DNA of 64,000 nucleotides from NCBI RefSeq assembly GCF_988242995.1, contig NZ_OZ547043.1; one strand, 5' to 3'. Shown piece by piece: positions 44,612 to 54,244 of this stretch (position 1 is its first letter; each line of letters starts with the position of its first letter). The notes under the pieces were generated by a model. It saw only the letters and a program-made list of their open reading frames with translations, ran no database searches and was not told where the DNA came from. The position numbers and the translations under genes were made by a program.

Positions 44612-45181
44612 TCAACTCCGGCTACAGCCAAAATTGCGCTCACCGGTGCAGTGAGCTTTGGTATGCTCCTTCGCCAGATAGTCAGCACGTTCCAGCACTT
44701 GCTGAAAGCCGGTGTCATCATTACGCGCCAGCCACACCGCCGGCCAGGCCGGAAAATGCACCAGCGTGGCATGGCACCCGACATCCACTCCCAGGGCACT
44801 GCACCACGCCTGTTTAATCATCCCGGCCAGAGACTCCGGAGCGCGGTAATCACCGGCACGACACCAGGTATCCCGGTTGACCAGCAGCATCAGGTGATAG
44901 TGTTTTTTACCTTTGAACTCCCCAAACTCCCGGGCCCAGACGTAATGCAGGGTTGTGGGATGCACGCGTTTACCTTCCCGATGCTTACGTTTCTGGTAAG
45001 CGTCGATTCGGGCTTTCAGGGCATTGATGAAGCGGGATATCACAGCTGCGTCCGTTGCTGCCGGTACATCCGGGAGACGCAGGTCAACCCGCAATGCCGT
45101 CAGGCGGGGATGAACATTCAGTGCGTGCCGCACCGTCTCACGAATACGTTGCTGCCAGAAGGGGTTGTATTTGTAGGTCAT
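44612..45181 (-). CDS. YagK/YfjJ-like protein (inovirus Gp2-type family of CP4 prophage remnants)
   Basis: 189 aa from MTYKYNPFWQQRIRETVRHALNVHPRL...; GGAG RBS; family assignment from memory of K-12 CP4 proteins. Confidence 0.65.
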   Translation of the reverse strand: MTYKYNPFWQQRIRETVRHALNVHPRLTALRVDLRLPDVPAATDAAVISRFINALKARIDAYQKRKHREGKRVHPTTLHYVWAREFGEFKGKKHYHLMLLVNRDTWCRAGDYRAPESLAGMIKQAWCSALGVDVGCHATLVHFPAWPAVWLARNDDTGFQQVLERADYLAKEHTKAHCTGERNFGCSRS

Positions 45182-45875
45182 GGTTAAATCTCCGTATGGT
45201 TCATACGGAATAACCACGTCGTAAAAAATGCGCAGAGTCCCTGAGGTGACCTCCGGCAGGACACTGTCTCAGGCACTCTGTGATAACCCGAACGGTCGTC
45301 TCCGGACTGGCGGTTGAATTTTCAGCGTCGTTTTTTAATGTAAAAAACCGGTTACGGGTAAGGCTGTGAGGAGGGAGTTATGGTGATACGCAAAAAGAAG
45401 TGCAGGGACTGTGGAAACGCGATTACTAATAATACAGAGCCTGTTTAAGATTCTGTGTAAATGCCTTGTCTCAGACGTGACCGTCCAGGCGGTCACCGAA
45501 CTCGATAATAAAGCGGCTCATTGCCATTCGCCAGTCCTTCAACGGCATCGTCCAGTGTGTTGCCCGTATTGTGGTTCTGTCGACCCCTTCGGCTACTACC
45601 GGAATACAGACCGTATCGTTACCATACTGCTGGCGCTGATTATTGTGGTCCTGCTGACTACTGTCAGCGTCAGTGTGTGTATACTGTGTAGCTGGTGAGA
45701 TAACGGTTCATGTATCCCCTGAGCTGACAGTGTACCGTGTATATTAAGCGTAACCGACAGGTTCTCCTTCATACCATATTAAATTTTCCAGGTATTGCCG
45801 CTGCCTTATTTCGTCCCATACAGGAAAACTCATCTGGGTTTCTGACAAATACGCGAAACTCACAGCCCCTCAATA

Positions 45876-46220
45876 TCAACCACACGTTGTAAGCCGGTAA
45901 TACCTGAAAATCAGCCTATTACCGCCCACGCCTCCGGCACCATTCCCTTTTGATTTCGAATTCTTTGTTGTCGCTATACCGCTTAATGTTCCCGGTCCTC
46001 CGGTGCAGATAACACCGGAGTCATCGTAGCGCTGCTTCAATATTAAGGTGACATATTTCCAGACGGAAGCCGGCGCGCGATCGTAAAGTTTGTTCATTGT
46101 CAGTTCTGCCAGCCGGTTGTCAACGGCAGAGTTAAAGGCTTCCAGCTCCGCAAGGGTAAGTTTATAACGCGTGTGGGAATTCACTTTTCCCGCGTCTCCT
46201 GACGTATTACGGGCTGCCAC
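45876..46220 (-). CDS. Hypothetical ORF (doubtful)
   Basis: 114-aa ORF with Gly/Ser-rich low-complexity tail; no recognisable features. Confidence 0.25.
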   Translation of the reverse strand: MAARNTSGDAGKVNSHTRYKLTLAELEAFNSAVDNRLAELTMNKLYDRAPASVWKYVTLILKQRYDDSGVICTGGPGTLSGIATTKNSKSKGNGAGGVGGNRLIFRYYRLTTCG

Positions 46221-46927
46221 TTACCTGGTGTCCCGCAATACAGCCTTAGTGTTCCGTTATCGGGGATCCGGACGCACCGCAACAACCGGGGAAGTATTTC
46301 TGGTTTAGAGCAGTGTCAAGAGGGATTTCTCAGCCCCTCACTCACCGGCTCAGTCTCAGGGCAGGAGCATTAATACGCTCAGTTCATGTCTTATACAGGA
46401 ATGGGCACAGGGGGAGCTGGCGTGTCACTGCTGATTTTACGCATCAGCGTTCATGTATCTGCACTCTGATACATGAACGATTCACAGCGCTCTGTTACCG
46501 GAGAGATTTACTCTCTTAGCTTACTCTGGCAAATCCTTTACGTTACTCTCTGATGACTTCTTATATTTATAATACCAATCAGACAGCCTTATCCCATCGG
46601 TGATATCAGTCTCCTCCTCGCCAGGAACGGGCTGACTCACTGTAACCACCTCCGAAAACAACTCTGCAATTATCAGAACGCCTGCTTCTCTCCCTGTCCT
46701 CACGAAAACTATCCCCTCTTTATCGCGCGTGCGTGCGGAAGCATCTTTTCGCAACAACCACCCGGTATACCGGTACGGCTCAGCCACCGCAACCTCCCCG
46801 TTTATCTCCTGGCGGTCACATTCCCGATTATTTTTTACGTTTCTCCCCGGTTGTTATGCCGGTGAAGGTGGCGCGCTGTTTTCATGACCACACCGGCTGG
46901 TTTAACAACATCCGGAGGAACATTCTC

Positions 46928-47134
46928 ATGGCTACCCCAGTTTCACTGATGGATGACCAGATGGTCGACATGGCATTTCTCACTCAACTGACCGGCCTGA
47001 CAGATAAGTGGTTTTACAGGCTCATCAGGGATGGGGCCTTTCCGGCTACCATCAAGCTGGGCCGCAGCTCCCGCTGGCTGAAAAGTGAAGTGGAAGCCTG
47101 GCTACAGGCGCGTATTGCACAGCCCCGCCCGTAA
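46928..47134 (+). CDS. alpA: AlpA-family phage/island transcriptional regulator
   Basis: 68 aa from MATPVSLMDDQMVDMAFLTQLTGLTDKWFYRLIRDGAFPATIKLGRSSRWLKSEVEAWL...; GGAGGA RBS. Confidence 0.85.
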   Translation: MATPVSLMDDQMVDMAFLTQLTGLTDKWFYRLIRDGAFPATIKLGRSSRWLKSEVEAWLQARIAQPRP

Positions 47135-47228
47135 TTTCTGACCGTTATCCGTTCACCCGCAGCAGACGTAATCCCCGGCCTGCCGGCGGCATTCTGCTGC
47201 CTGTTATATCCCCGTGAGGAATATGAAA

Positions 47229-47831
47229 ATGAAACAACAGTATCAGACCCGCTACGAATGGCTCCACGAAAGCTACCAGAAATGGCTGACCGGCTTCACC
47301 CGGCACGCCGTATCCTGGGGCGTGTGTCATCCGAATATCTACTACTTCCATAATCTGACGCCCGGTTGGGTGTCATTCAATGGTGAAAAACCGGAGATTG
47401 CCATCGTACCCCAGAGCCTGCACCGGCTGATTTATGGCCCTGACAAACGGGCCACGCCGCCCCTGGATGATGATCTGATTGTGAATTTATGCACCAGTGA
47501 ACATCTGCTGGTTCATCATCCGATGCTGGAAGGCATTCTCCTGTCTGAATGTGAACGTCTGAGGCAGCGTTCTCTGGCAAATAAACTGATCAGCCTCTTC
47601 CGTCAGTTTGGTGGCACGGAGTTGCGCCTCAAACTGGTCTGGCTTTGCTGGCTTGATTTAATGACCGGAAACAGCCTTGAAGACTGGAAAGAGAACCTGA
47701 AACGGAAATCAGAAAAAGAGCTGGAGGAATGGATCATCAACCGTCAGAGGCAGAGCGCAGCACTGACGGATCTGATGGATCAGTACGTGCTCCTGGCATA
47801 CCGCACAACGGTTGACGATAGCCGCAACTGA
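47229..47831 (+). CDS. Hypothetical protein, about 200 aa, unknown function
   Basis: ORF with GAGGA RBS 8 nt upstream of ATG 47229; charged helical C-terminus; no family recognised. Confidence 0.55.
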   Translation: MKQQYQTRYEWLHESYQKWLTGFTRHAVSWGVCHPNIYYFHNLTPGWVSFNGEKPEIAIVPQSLHRLIYGPDKRATPPLDDDLIVNLCTSEHLLVHHPMLEGILLSECERLRQRSLANKLISLFRQFGGTELRLKLVWLCWLDLMTGNSLEDWKENLKRKSEKELEEWIINRQRQSAALTDLMDQYVLLAYRTTVDDSRN

Positions 47832-49031
47832 TGCCGGTTGCTTCCGGAAGGTGTGACAAAATACGGAAATGATGATGCTCCCGGCCCCGCATGCTCACCT
47901 GCAGAGCGTGTTCGTCGTCATCATACTGAGCCATGACGGGCGTCTTAAGGGCATCCTGTCATTGCTGAGCAGGCAACACCACCAGAGGAGCCACGGACAG
48001 GGATGTTCTTTACAGCCCGATACACGCCAGGTTCTCAGCAGACTGAATGTGCAGGTGCGGTTATTCACCAGAAATGGCATGCTGCGGTACATACCCATCC
48101 TGGTGACAATATGTACGTGGCGACAGCGATCCCGGCACTGTGGAAGAGACTCACTCAGCCTGCAGGATATTCTTTCCGGCATCCGGGAATGTCCGCCTGA
48201 ATGCAAACAGGATGATATTTGAATCCGTAATACTGTTCTTTCATCATAAATAATTTATGCAGATACAGTTAACCGTTACAGTAGCCGGTTTGTTTTACCG
48301 GGAAATAATATCCGTCAGACTGATACCGGAACATATCTGAAACACGTTATGATGTTTTGTTATCAGAAATGTTGTATATTCTTATCCGTGGCGACAGTTT
48401 AATGCCCTCTGGTATCACCTGATAATGTATATCCTGCGATGATTCGTTATATTTACGGGACACGCCTCTTTTCATTGTGCTCCTTTTCAGACTTCATTTT
48501 CCGTAAGTGTTCCCCGGCATAAAGGAGGTACCTTTCTGGCGTTTATAACTCTCTTTATCGGTGACGCCGGTAATACAGGGAATACCACACCGACAAACGA
48601 GGTATTAACAGACGATATTTCAGTGTCCATAATTTTTCTGTCCGGTTAAATAACGTCAGTCTGCTGCCCTCTGACTGTAATCATCAAAGCCGGAATGCAT
48701 ACCGGGTTACAACGTAAAAAAAGTGATGCTGGCCCCCGGTGCAGCTGGCGGGCGAAACATGTTTACCTTTCAATACCCCCTGTCTGCAGTCTCCACTCTT
48801 CCATCCTCTTAAGCTACGTCGGCCACATGAGTGCACTTCCATGATAACAGGTATTCCTGTCAGCATAACGAAGCCGGTTACCTTCCCTTCCTCCTGCATT
48901 TCCTGTCAGAATGACTATACAGCGCGCAGATTGCCTTTTTATTGACCATCTTAATATACCATTATAAACTTCTTTTTATCATATTATTATCACCTTATTA
49001 TGTTTAATTTTTAAGCAGCCGGAGAAAGAGG

Positions 49032-49949
49032 ATGGTTCAGAAAATTTTGTCGGATAAGGTTATGAATGAAAGAACAAATGCGTATTACTCTTATTATCTT
49101 GGAGAGCGTAATATCTCCGTACTGCCCCTTAATGTTTATGATCCCCCGGAACGTTTTATCGCTTACATAAAAAAAAACAGAGAAAATCTGAACATCACAC
49201 TTTCAGATTTTGAACTTGAACAAATCATTTCTGGTATGCGTCTGAAGGCACTGGCCTCCCTGGTGCCCCTGGAAAAAATATCCTGGATCGCGGGCAGTGA
49301 ACGCGCATGCTTATTTTCCTGGTATCTGTTGATGCAGTTTATCCAGAATAACAGGACAAAAATAAGCGCAGACTTGCTTCAAAAGAATAAACTGTATCTT
49401 AAAGAAGAGTATTTAGAAGGGAATGCCTTCCCGTCGGACTCATCGACACAGTTCAGACAAATACTCAGAGTTCTCGATATTCTTTCTGATAAGAATTTGC
49501 GGGATGAGTGGATAATCCAGACCAAAGACAGATGGATACGGGCATTTAAATCAAAGAGTCCTTTCAGTTACCTCCTCCCGGAGAACGAACATGAATGCAT
49601 ATGGACATGGAATTATTTGAAGGGAAAAAATATTGCACTGGAAAAACTGGCCAGTTTTCCTGATTCTGCTGATATTTACCACGCAATTCACCTTTCATTT
49701 GACATATGGGTTACCTGTCCACTCACCTCACCTGACGATATAAAAAATTTCAGAAACAGTTTCAATAAGGCCAAGGCGCAGCGCAAGTACAAAAAAATGC
49801 AGGAAGATAAAGTCAATGTACAGTTTTTTCTTGACGCAGAAACCAGGGCGCAGCTCAAAGAATTATCGAGGGTCAGAAGACTCAGTACCGGCGAAATGCT
49901 GCATGACCTGATTGTTGAAGAGTATAAAAGGTACCGACATTCCAGATAA
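49032..49949 (+). CDS. Hypothetical AT-rich protein (305 aa) with possible C-terminal ribbon-helix-helix-like tail
   Basis: GAGGA RBS before ATG 49032; AT-rich Lys/Asn/Ile codon usage unlike neighbours; C-terminus ...NVQFFLDAETRAQLKELSRVRRLSTGEMLHDLIVEEYKRY. Confidence 0.6.
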   Translation: MVQKILSDKVMNERTNAYYSYYLGERNISVLPLNVYDPPERFIAYIKKNRENLNITLSDFELEQIISGMRLKALASLVPLEKISWIAGSERACLFSWYLLMQFIQNNRTKISADLLQKNKLYLKEEYLEGNAFPSDSSTQFRQILRVLDILSDKNLRDEWIIQTKDRWIRAFKSKSPFSYLLPENEHECIWTWNYLKGKNIALEKLASFPDSADIYHAIHLSFDIWVTCPLTSPDDIKNFRNSFNKAKAQRKYKKMQEDKVNVQFFLDAETRAQLKELSRVRRLSTGEMLHDLIVEEYKRYRHSR

Positions 49950-50033
49950 TTTCAGACATATATTATCTCCGTGAGTCCCCCGCCACCTTTCCGGTGTGCG
50001 GGGGTTTTGTCTTTTTTCACCGGGAATACATGT

Positions 50034-50906
50034 ATGAATCCGTCTGATGCCATTGAGGCAATTGAAAAACCGCTTTCCGCCCTGCCTTACTCACTTTCCC
50101 GTCACATCCTGGAACATCTGCGCAAACTCACCCGTCACGAACCCGTGATTGGCATTATGGGGAAAAGCGGGGCCGGTAAATCCTCACTCTGTAATGCACT
50201 GTTTCAGGGGGAGGTCACCCCGGTCAGTGATGTTCACGCCGGCACCCGGGAAGTGCGGCGCTTCCGTCTGAGTGGACATGGTCACAGCATGGTTATCACT
50301 GACCTGCCCGGGGTGGGCGAGAGCCGGGACAGGGATGCAGAGTATGAAGCCCTGTACCGTGACATTCTGCCTGAACTTGACCTGGTACTGTGGCTGATTA
50401 AAGCCGATGACCGTGCCCTGTCTGTGGATGAGTATTTCTGGCGACACATCCTGCACCGGGGACATCAGCAGGTGCTGTTTGTGGTGACGCAGGCCGACAA
50501 AACGGAGCCCTGCCATGAATGGGATATGGCCGGCATTCAGCCTTCTCCCGCACAGGCACAGAACATTCGTGAGAAAACAGATGCGGTATTCCGGCTGTTC
50601 CGGCCCGTACATCCGGTTGTGGCCGTATCGGCCTGCACCGGCTGGGAACTGGATACGCTGGTCAGTGCGCTCATGACAGCGCTTCCCGACCATGCCGCCA
50701 GTCCCCTGATGACCCGCCTGCAGGACGAGCTGCGCACGGAATCTGTCCGGTCTCAGGCCCGTGAACAGTTTACCGGTGCGGTGGACCGGATATTTGACAC
50801 GGCGGAGAGCGTCTGCATTGCCTCTGTTGCCCGTACGGTTCTGCGCGCCGTCCGTGACACGGTGGTCTCTGTTGCCCGCGCTGTATGGAACTGGATTTTC
50901 TTCTGA
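50034..50906 (+). CDS. YeeP/YfjP/YkfA-family putative GTPase
   Basis: 290 aa from MNPSDAIEAIEKPLSALPYSL...; G1 motif GKSGAGKSSL; DLPG G3 motif. Confidence 0.8.
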   Translation: MNPSDAIEAIEKPLSALPYSLSRHILEHLRKLTRHEPVIGIMGKSGAGKSSLCNALFQGEVTPVSDVHAGTREVRRFRLSGHGHSMVITDLPGVGESRDRDAEYEALYRDILPELDLVLWLIKADDRALSVDEYFWRHILHRGHQQVLFVVTQADKTEPCHEWDMAGIQPSPAQAQNIREKTDAVFRLFRPVHPVVAVSACTGWELDTLVSALMTALPDHAASPLMTRLQDELRTESVRSQAREQFTGAVDRIFDTAESVCIASVARTVLRAVRDTVVSVARAVWNWIFF

Positions 50907-51020
50907 ACAGTCTGCCAGGGAAATGCCTGATAACATTACGTTAACCAACTGAAAACATGACACAAACACCTCATGCTCCTCCTGTTTCTCTTGCGTGACC
51001 GCCTTGCAATCAATAGAATA

Positions 51021-51062
51021 AAACGATCGATAAAACAGGTATCGATCGTTACTATCGATCGT
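51021..51062 (+). promoter_or_regulatory. Antigen 43 phase-variation switch: three GATC Dam sites in the presumed OxyR-binding region
   Basis: GATC at 51024, 51043 and 51056 within aacGATCgataaaacaggtatcGATCgttactatcGATCg, about 220 bp upstream of the agn43 start. Confidence 0.6.
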
Positions 51063-51277
51063 TTATAGTGGTTAATGGTCTGCGAAAAGGCAGCTGAATC
51101 TCTTCATCATGCAGAACGGAATTGCACACAACGGACTGATACTTCTCTGGCGGATGAGAGAGGGGAAGCATTTATGCCCGGGAAAAACCACTTTATCTGA
51201 CCATGCTGTTTTGTACCTGCCGGTATCCACATTTGTGGGTACCGGCTTTTTTATTCACCCTCTGTAAGGAAAAGCTG

Positions 51278-54124
51278 ATGAAACGACATCTGAACACCAG
51301 CTACAGGCTGGTATGGAATCACATTACGGGCACCCTGGTGGTGGCCTCCGAACTGGCCCGCTCACGGGGAAAACGCGCCGGTGTGGCGGTTGCGCTGTCT
51401 CTTGCTGCTGTCACATCAGTCCCGGCACTGGCTGCTGACAAGGTTGTACAGGCGGGAGAAACCGTGAACGATGGAACACTGACAAATCATGACAACCAGA
51501 TTGTCTTCGGTACGGCCAACGGAATGACCATCAGTACCGGTCTGGAGTATGGGCCGGATAACGAGGCCAATACCGGCGGACAATGGATACAAAATGGCGG
51601 TATCGCCAACAACACTACTGTCACCGGTGGTGGTCTTCAGAGAGTGAATGCCGGAGGAAGCGTTTCAGACACGGTTATCAGTGCCGGAGGCGGACAGAGC
51701 CTTCAGGGGCAGGCAGTGAACACCACTCTGAACGGCGGTGAGCAGTGGGTACATGAAGGCGGGATTGCAACGGGTACCGTCATTAATGAGAAGGGCTGGC
51801 AGGCCGTCAAATCCGGCGCAATGGCAACCGACACGGTTGTGAATACCGGCGCGGAAGGGGGACCGGATGCAGAAAATGGTGATACCGGGCAGTTTGTTCG
51901 CGGAAATGCCGTACGTACCACTATCAATGAAAATGGTCGTCAGATTGTGGCTGCTGAAGGAACAGCAAATACCACTGTGGTTTATGCCGGCGGCGACCAG
52001 ACGGTACACGGGCATGCGCTGGATACCACACTGAATGGCGGTTACCAGTATGTGCACAACGGAGGCACAGCCTCTGACACGGTTGTAAACAGTGACGGCT
52101 GGCAGATTGTCAAGGAAGGTGGTCTGGCGGATTTCACCACCGTTAACCAGAAAGGCAAACTGCAGGTGAACGCCGGTGGTACAGCCACGAATGTCACCCT
52201 GAAGCAGGGAGGCGCACTGGTCACCAGTACGGCGGCAACCGTCACCGGCAGCAACCGTCTGGGCAATTTCACTGTGGAAAACGGTAATGCTGACGGTGTT
52301 GTTCTGGAGTCCGGTGGTCGCCTGGATGTACTGGAGGGCCATTCAGCCTGGAAAACACTGGTGGATGACGGCGGAACCCTGGCAGTGTCTGCCGGTGGTA
52401 AGGCAACAGATGTCACCATGACATCCGGTAGTGCCCTGATTGCAGACAGTGGTGCCACTGTTGAGGGGACCAATGCCAGCGGTAAGTTCAGTATTGATGG
52501 CACATCCGGTCAGGCCAGCGGACTGCTGCTGGAAAATGGCGGCAGCTTTACGGTTAATGCCGGAGGACTGGCCAGCAACACCACTGTCGGACATCGTGGA
52601 ACACTGACGCTGGCTGCCGGGGGAAGTCTGAGTGGCAGAACACAGCTCAGTAAAGGTGCCAGCATGGTACTGAATGGCGATGTGGTCAGTACCGGCGATA
52701 TTGTTAACGCAGGGGAGATTCGCTTTGATAATCAGACGACACCGGATGCCGCGCTGAGCCGTGCTGTTGCAAAAGGCGGCTCCCCGGTAACGTTCCATAA
52801 ACTGACCACCAGTAACCTCACCGGTCAGGGTGGCACCATCAATATGCGTGTTCGCCTTGATGGCAGCAATACCTCTGACCAGCTGGTGATTAATGGTGGT
52901 CAGGCAACCGGCAAAACCTGGCTTGCGTTTACAAATGTCGGAAACAGTAACCTCGGGGTGGCAACCTCCGGACAGGGTATCCGGGTTGTGGATGCACAGA
53001 ATGGCGCCACCACAGAAGAAGGTGCGTTTGCCCTGAGTCGCCCGCTTCAGGCCGGCGCCTTTAACTACACCCTGAACCGTGACAGCGATGAAGACTGGTA
53101 CCTGCGCAGTGAAAATGCTTATCGTGCTGAAGTCCCCCTGTATACATCCATGCTGACACAGGCAATGGACTATGACCGGATTCTGGCAGGCTCCCGCAGC
53201 CATCAGACCGGTGTAAACGGTGAAAATAACAGCGTCCGTCTCAGCATTCAGGGCGGTCATCTCGGTCACGATAACAACGGCGGTATTGCCCGTGGAGCCA
53301 CGCCGGAAAGCAGCGGCAGCTATGGCTTCGTCCGTCTGGAGGGTGACCTGCTCAGAACAGAGGTTGCCGGTATGTCTCTGACGACAGGGGTGCATGGTGC
53401 CGCAGGCCATTCTTCCGTTGATGTTAAGGATGATGACGGTTCCCGCGCCGGCACGGTCCGGGATGATGCCGGCAGCCTGGGCGGATACCTGAATCTGACA
53501 CACACGTCCTCCGGCCTGTGGGCTGACATTGTGGCACAGGGAACCCGCCACAGCATGAAAGCGTCATCGGACAATAACGACTTCCGCGCCCGCGGCTGGG
53601 GCTGGCTGGGCTCACTGGAAACCGGTCTGCCCTTCAGTATCACTGACAACCTGATGCTGGAGCCACAACTGCAGTATACCTGGCAGGGACTTTCCCTGGA
53701 TGACGGCCAGGATAACGCCGGTTATGTGAAGTTCGGGCATGGCAGTGCACAACATGTGCGTGCCGGTTTCCGTCTGGGCAGCCACAACGATATGAGCTTT
53801 GGTGAAGGCACCTCATCCCGTGACACCCTGCGCGACAGTGCAAAACACCGTGTGCGTGAACTGCCGGTGAACTGGTGGGTACAGCCTTCTGTTATCCGCA
53901 CCTTCAGTTCCCGGGGTGACATGAGCATGGGGACAGCCGCCGCCGGCAGTAACATGACGTTCTCACCGTCCCGGAATGGCACGTCACTGGACCTGCAGGC
54001 CGGACTGGAAGCCCGTGTCCGGGAAAATATCACCCTGGGCGTTCAGGCCGGTTATGCCCACAGTGTCAGCGGCAGCAGCGCTGAAGGTTATAACGGTCAG
54101 GCCACGCTGAATGTGACCTTCTGA
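51278..54124 (+). CDS. flu: Antigen 43 autotransporter adhesin (short 948-aa variant)
   Basis: Starts MKRHLNTSYRLVWNHITGTLVVASELARSRGKR (extended autotransporter signal); beta-helical passenger repeats; C-terminal beta-barrel ending ...GQATLNVTF. Confidence 0.93.
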   Translation: MKRHLNTSYRLVWNHITGTLVVASELARSRGKRAGVAVALSLAAVTSVPALAADKVVQAGETVNDGTLTNHDNQIVFGTANGMTISTGLEYGPDNEANTGGQWIQNGGIANNTTVTGGGLQRVNAGGSVSDTVISAGGGQSLQGQAVNTTLNGGEQWVHEGGIATGTVINEKGWQAVKSGAMATDTVVNTGAEGGPDAENGDTGQFVRGNAVRTTINENGRQIVAAEGTANTTVVYAGGDQTVHGHALDTTLNGGYQYVHNGGTASDTVVNSDGWQIVKEGGLADFTTVNQKGKLQVNAGGTATNVTLKQGGALVTSTAATVTGSNRLGNFTVENGNADGVVLESGGRLDVLEGHSAWKTLVDDGGTLAVSAGGKATDVTMTSGSALIADSGATVEGTNASGKFSIDGTSGQASGLLLENGGSFTVNAGGLASNTTVGHRGTLTLAAGGSLSGRTQLSKGASMVLNGDVVSTGDIVNAGEIRFDNQTTPDAALSRAVAKGGSPVTFHKLTTSNLTGQGGTINMRVRLDGSNTSDQLVINGGQATGKTWLAFTNVGNSNLGVATSGQGIRVVDAQNGATTEEGAFALSRPLQAGAFNYTLNRDSDEDWYLRSENAYRAEVPLYTSMLTQAMDYDRILAGSRSHQTGVNGENNSVRLSIQGGHLGHDNNGGIARGATPESSGSYGFVRLEGDLLRTEVAGMSLTTGVHGAAGHSSVDVKDDDGSRAGTVRDDAGSLGGYLNLTHTSSGLWADIVAQGTRHSMKASSDNNDFRARGWGWLGSLETGLPFSITDNLMLEPQLQYTWQGLSLDDGQDNAGYVKFGHGSAQHVRAGFRLGSHNDMSFGEGTSSRDTLRDSAKHRVRELPVNWWVQPSVIRTFSSRGDMSMGTAAAGSNMTFSPSRNGTSLDLQAGLEARVRENITLGVQAGYAHSVSGSSAEGYNGQATLNVTF

Positions 54125-54244
54125 CAGAACCATCGCCTCTCTGTGGTCCCGGTCATCATGATCGGGACCCGGACCGGCGCAACGGATATTCAACGCCACA
54201 TTCGCTGGCATTAACAATAACATGATATTCATCACGGAGTGACT

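Noticed and set aside
45411-45698. 95-aa plus-strand ORF upstream of the YagK-like gene
   Set aside because: No RBS, compositionally odd (Cys/Leu-rich hydrophobic tail); more likely intergenic or promoter sequence.
46521-46787. 88-aa minus-strand ORF upstream of alpA
   Set aside because: No convincing RBS or recognisable features; lies in the likely alpA promoter region.
52343-53551. 402-aa minus-strand ORF inside agn43
   Set aside because: Antisense to the Ag43 passenger domain; GC-rich repetitive sequence readily gives long spurious antisense frames.
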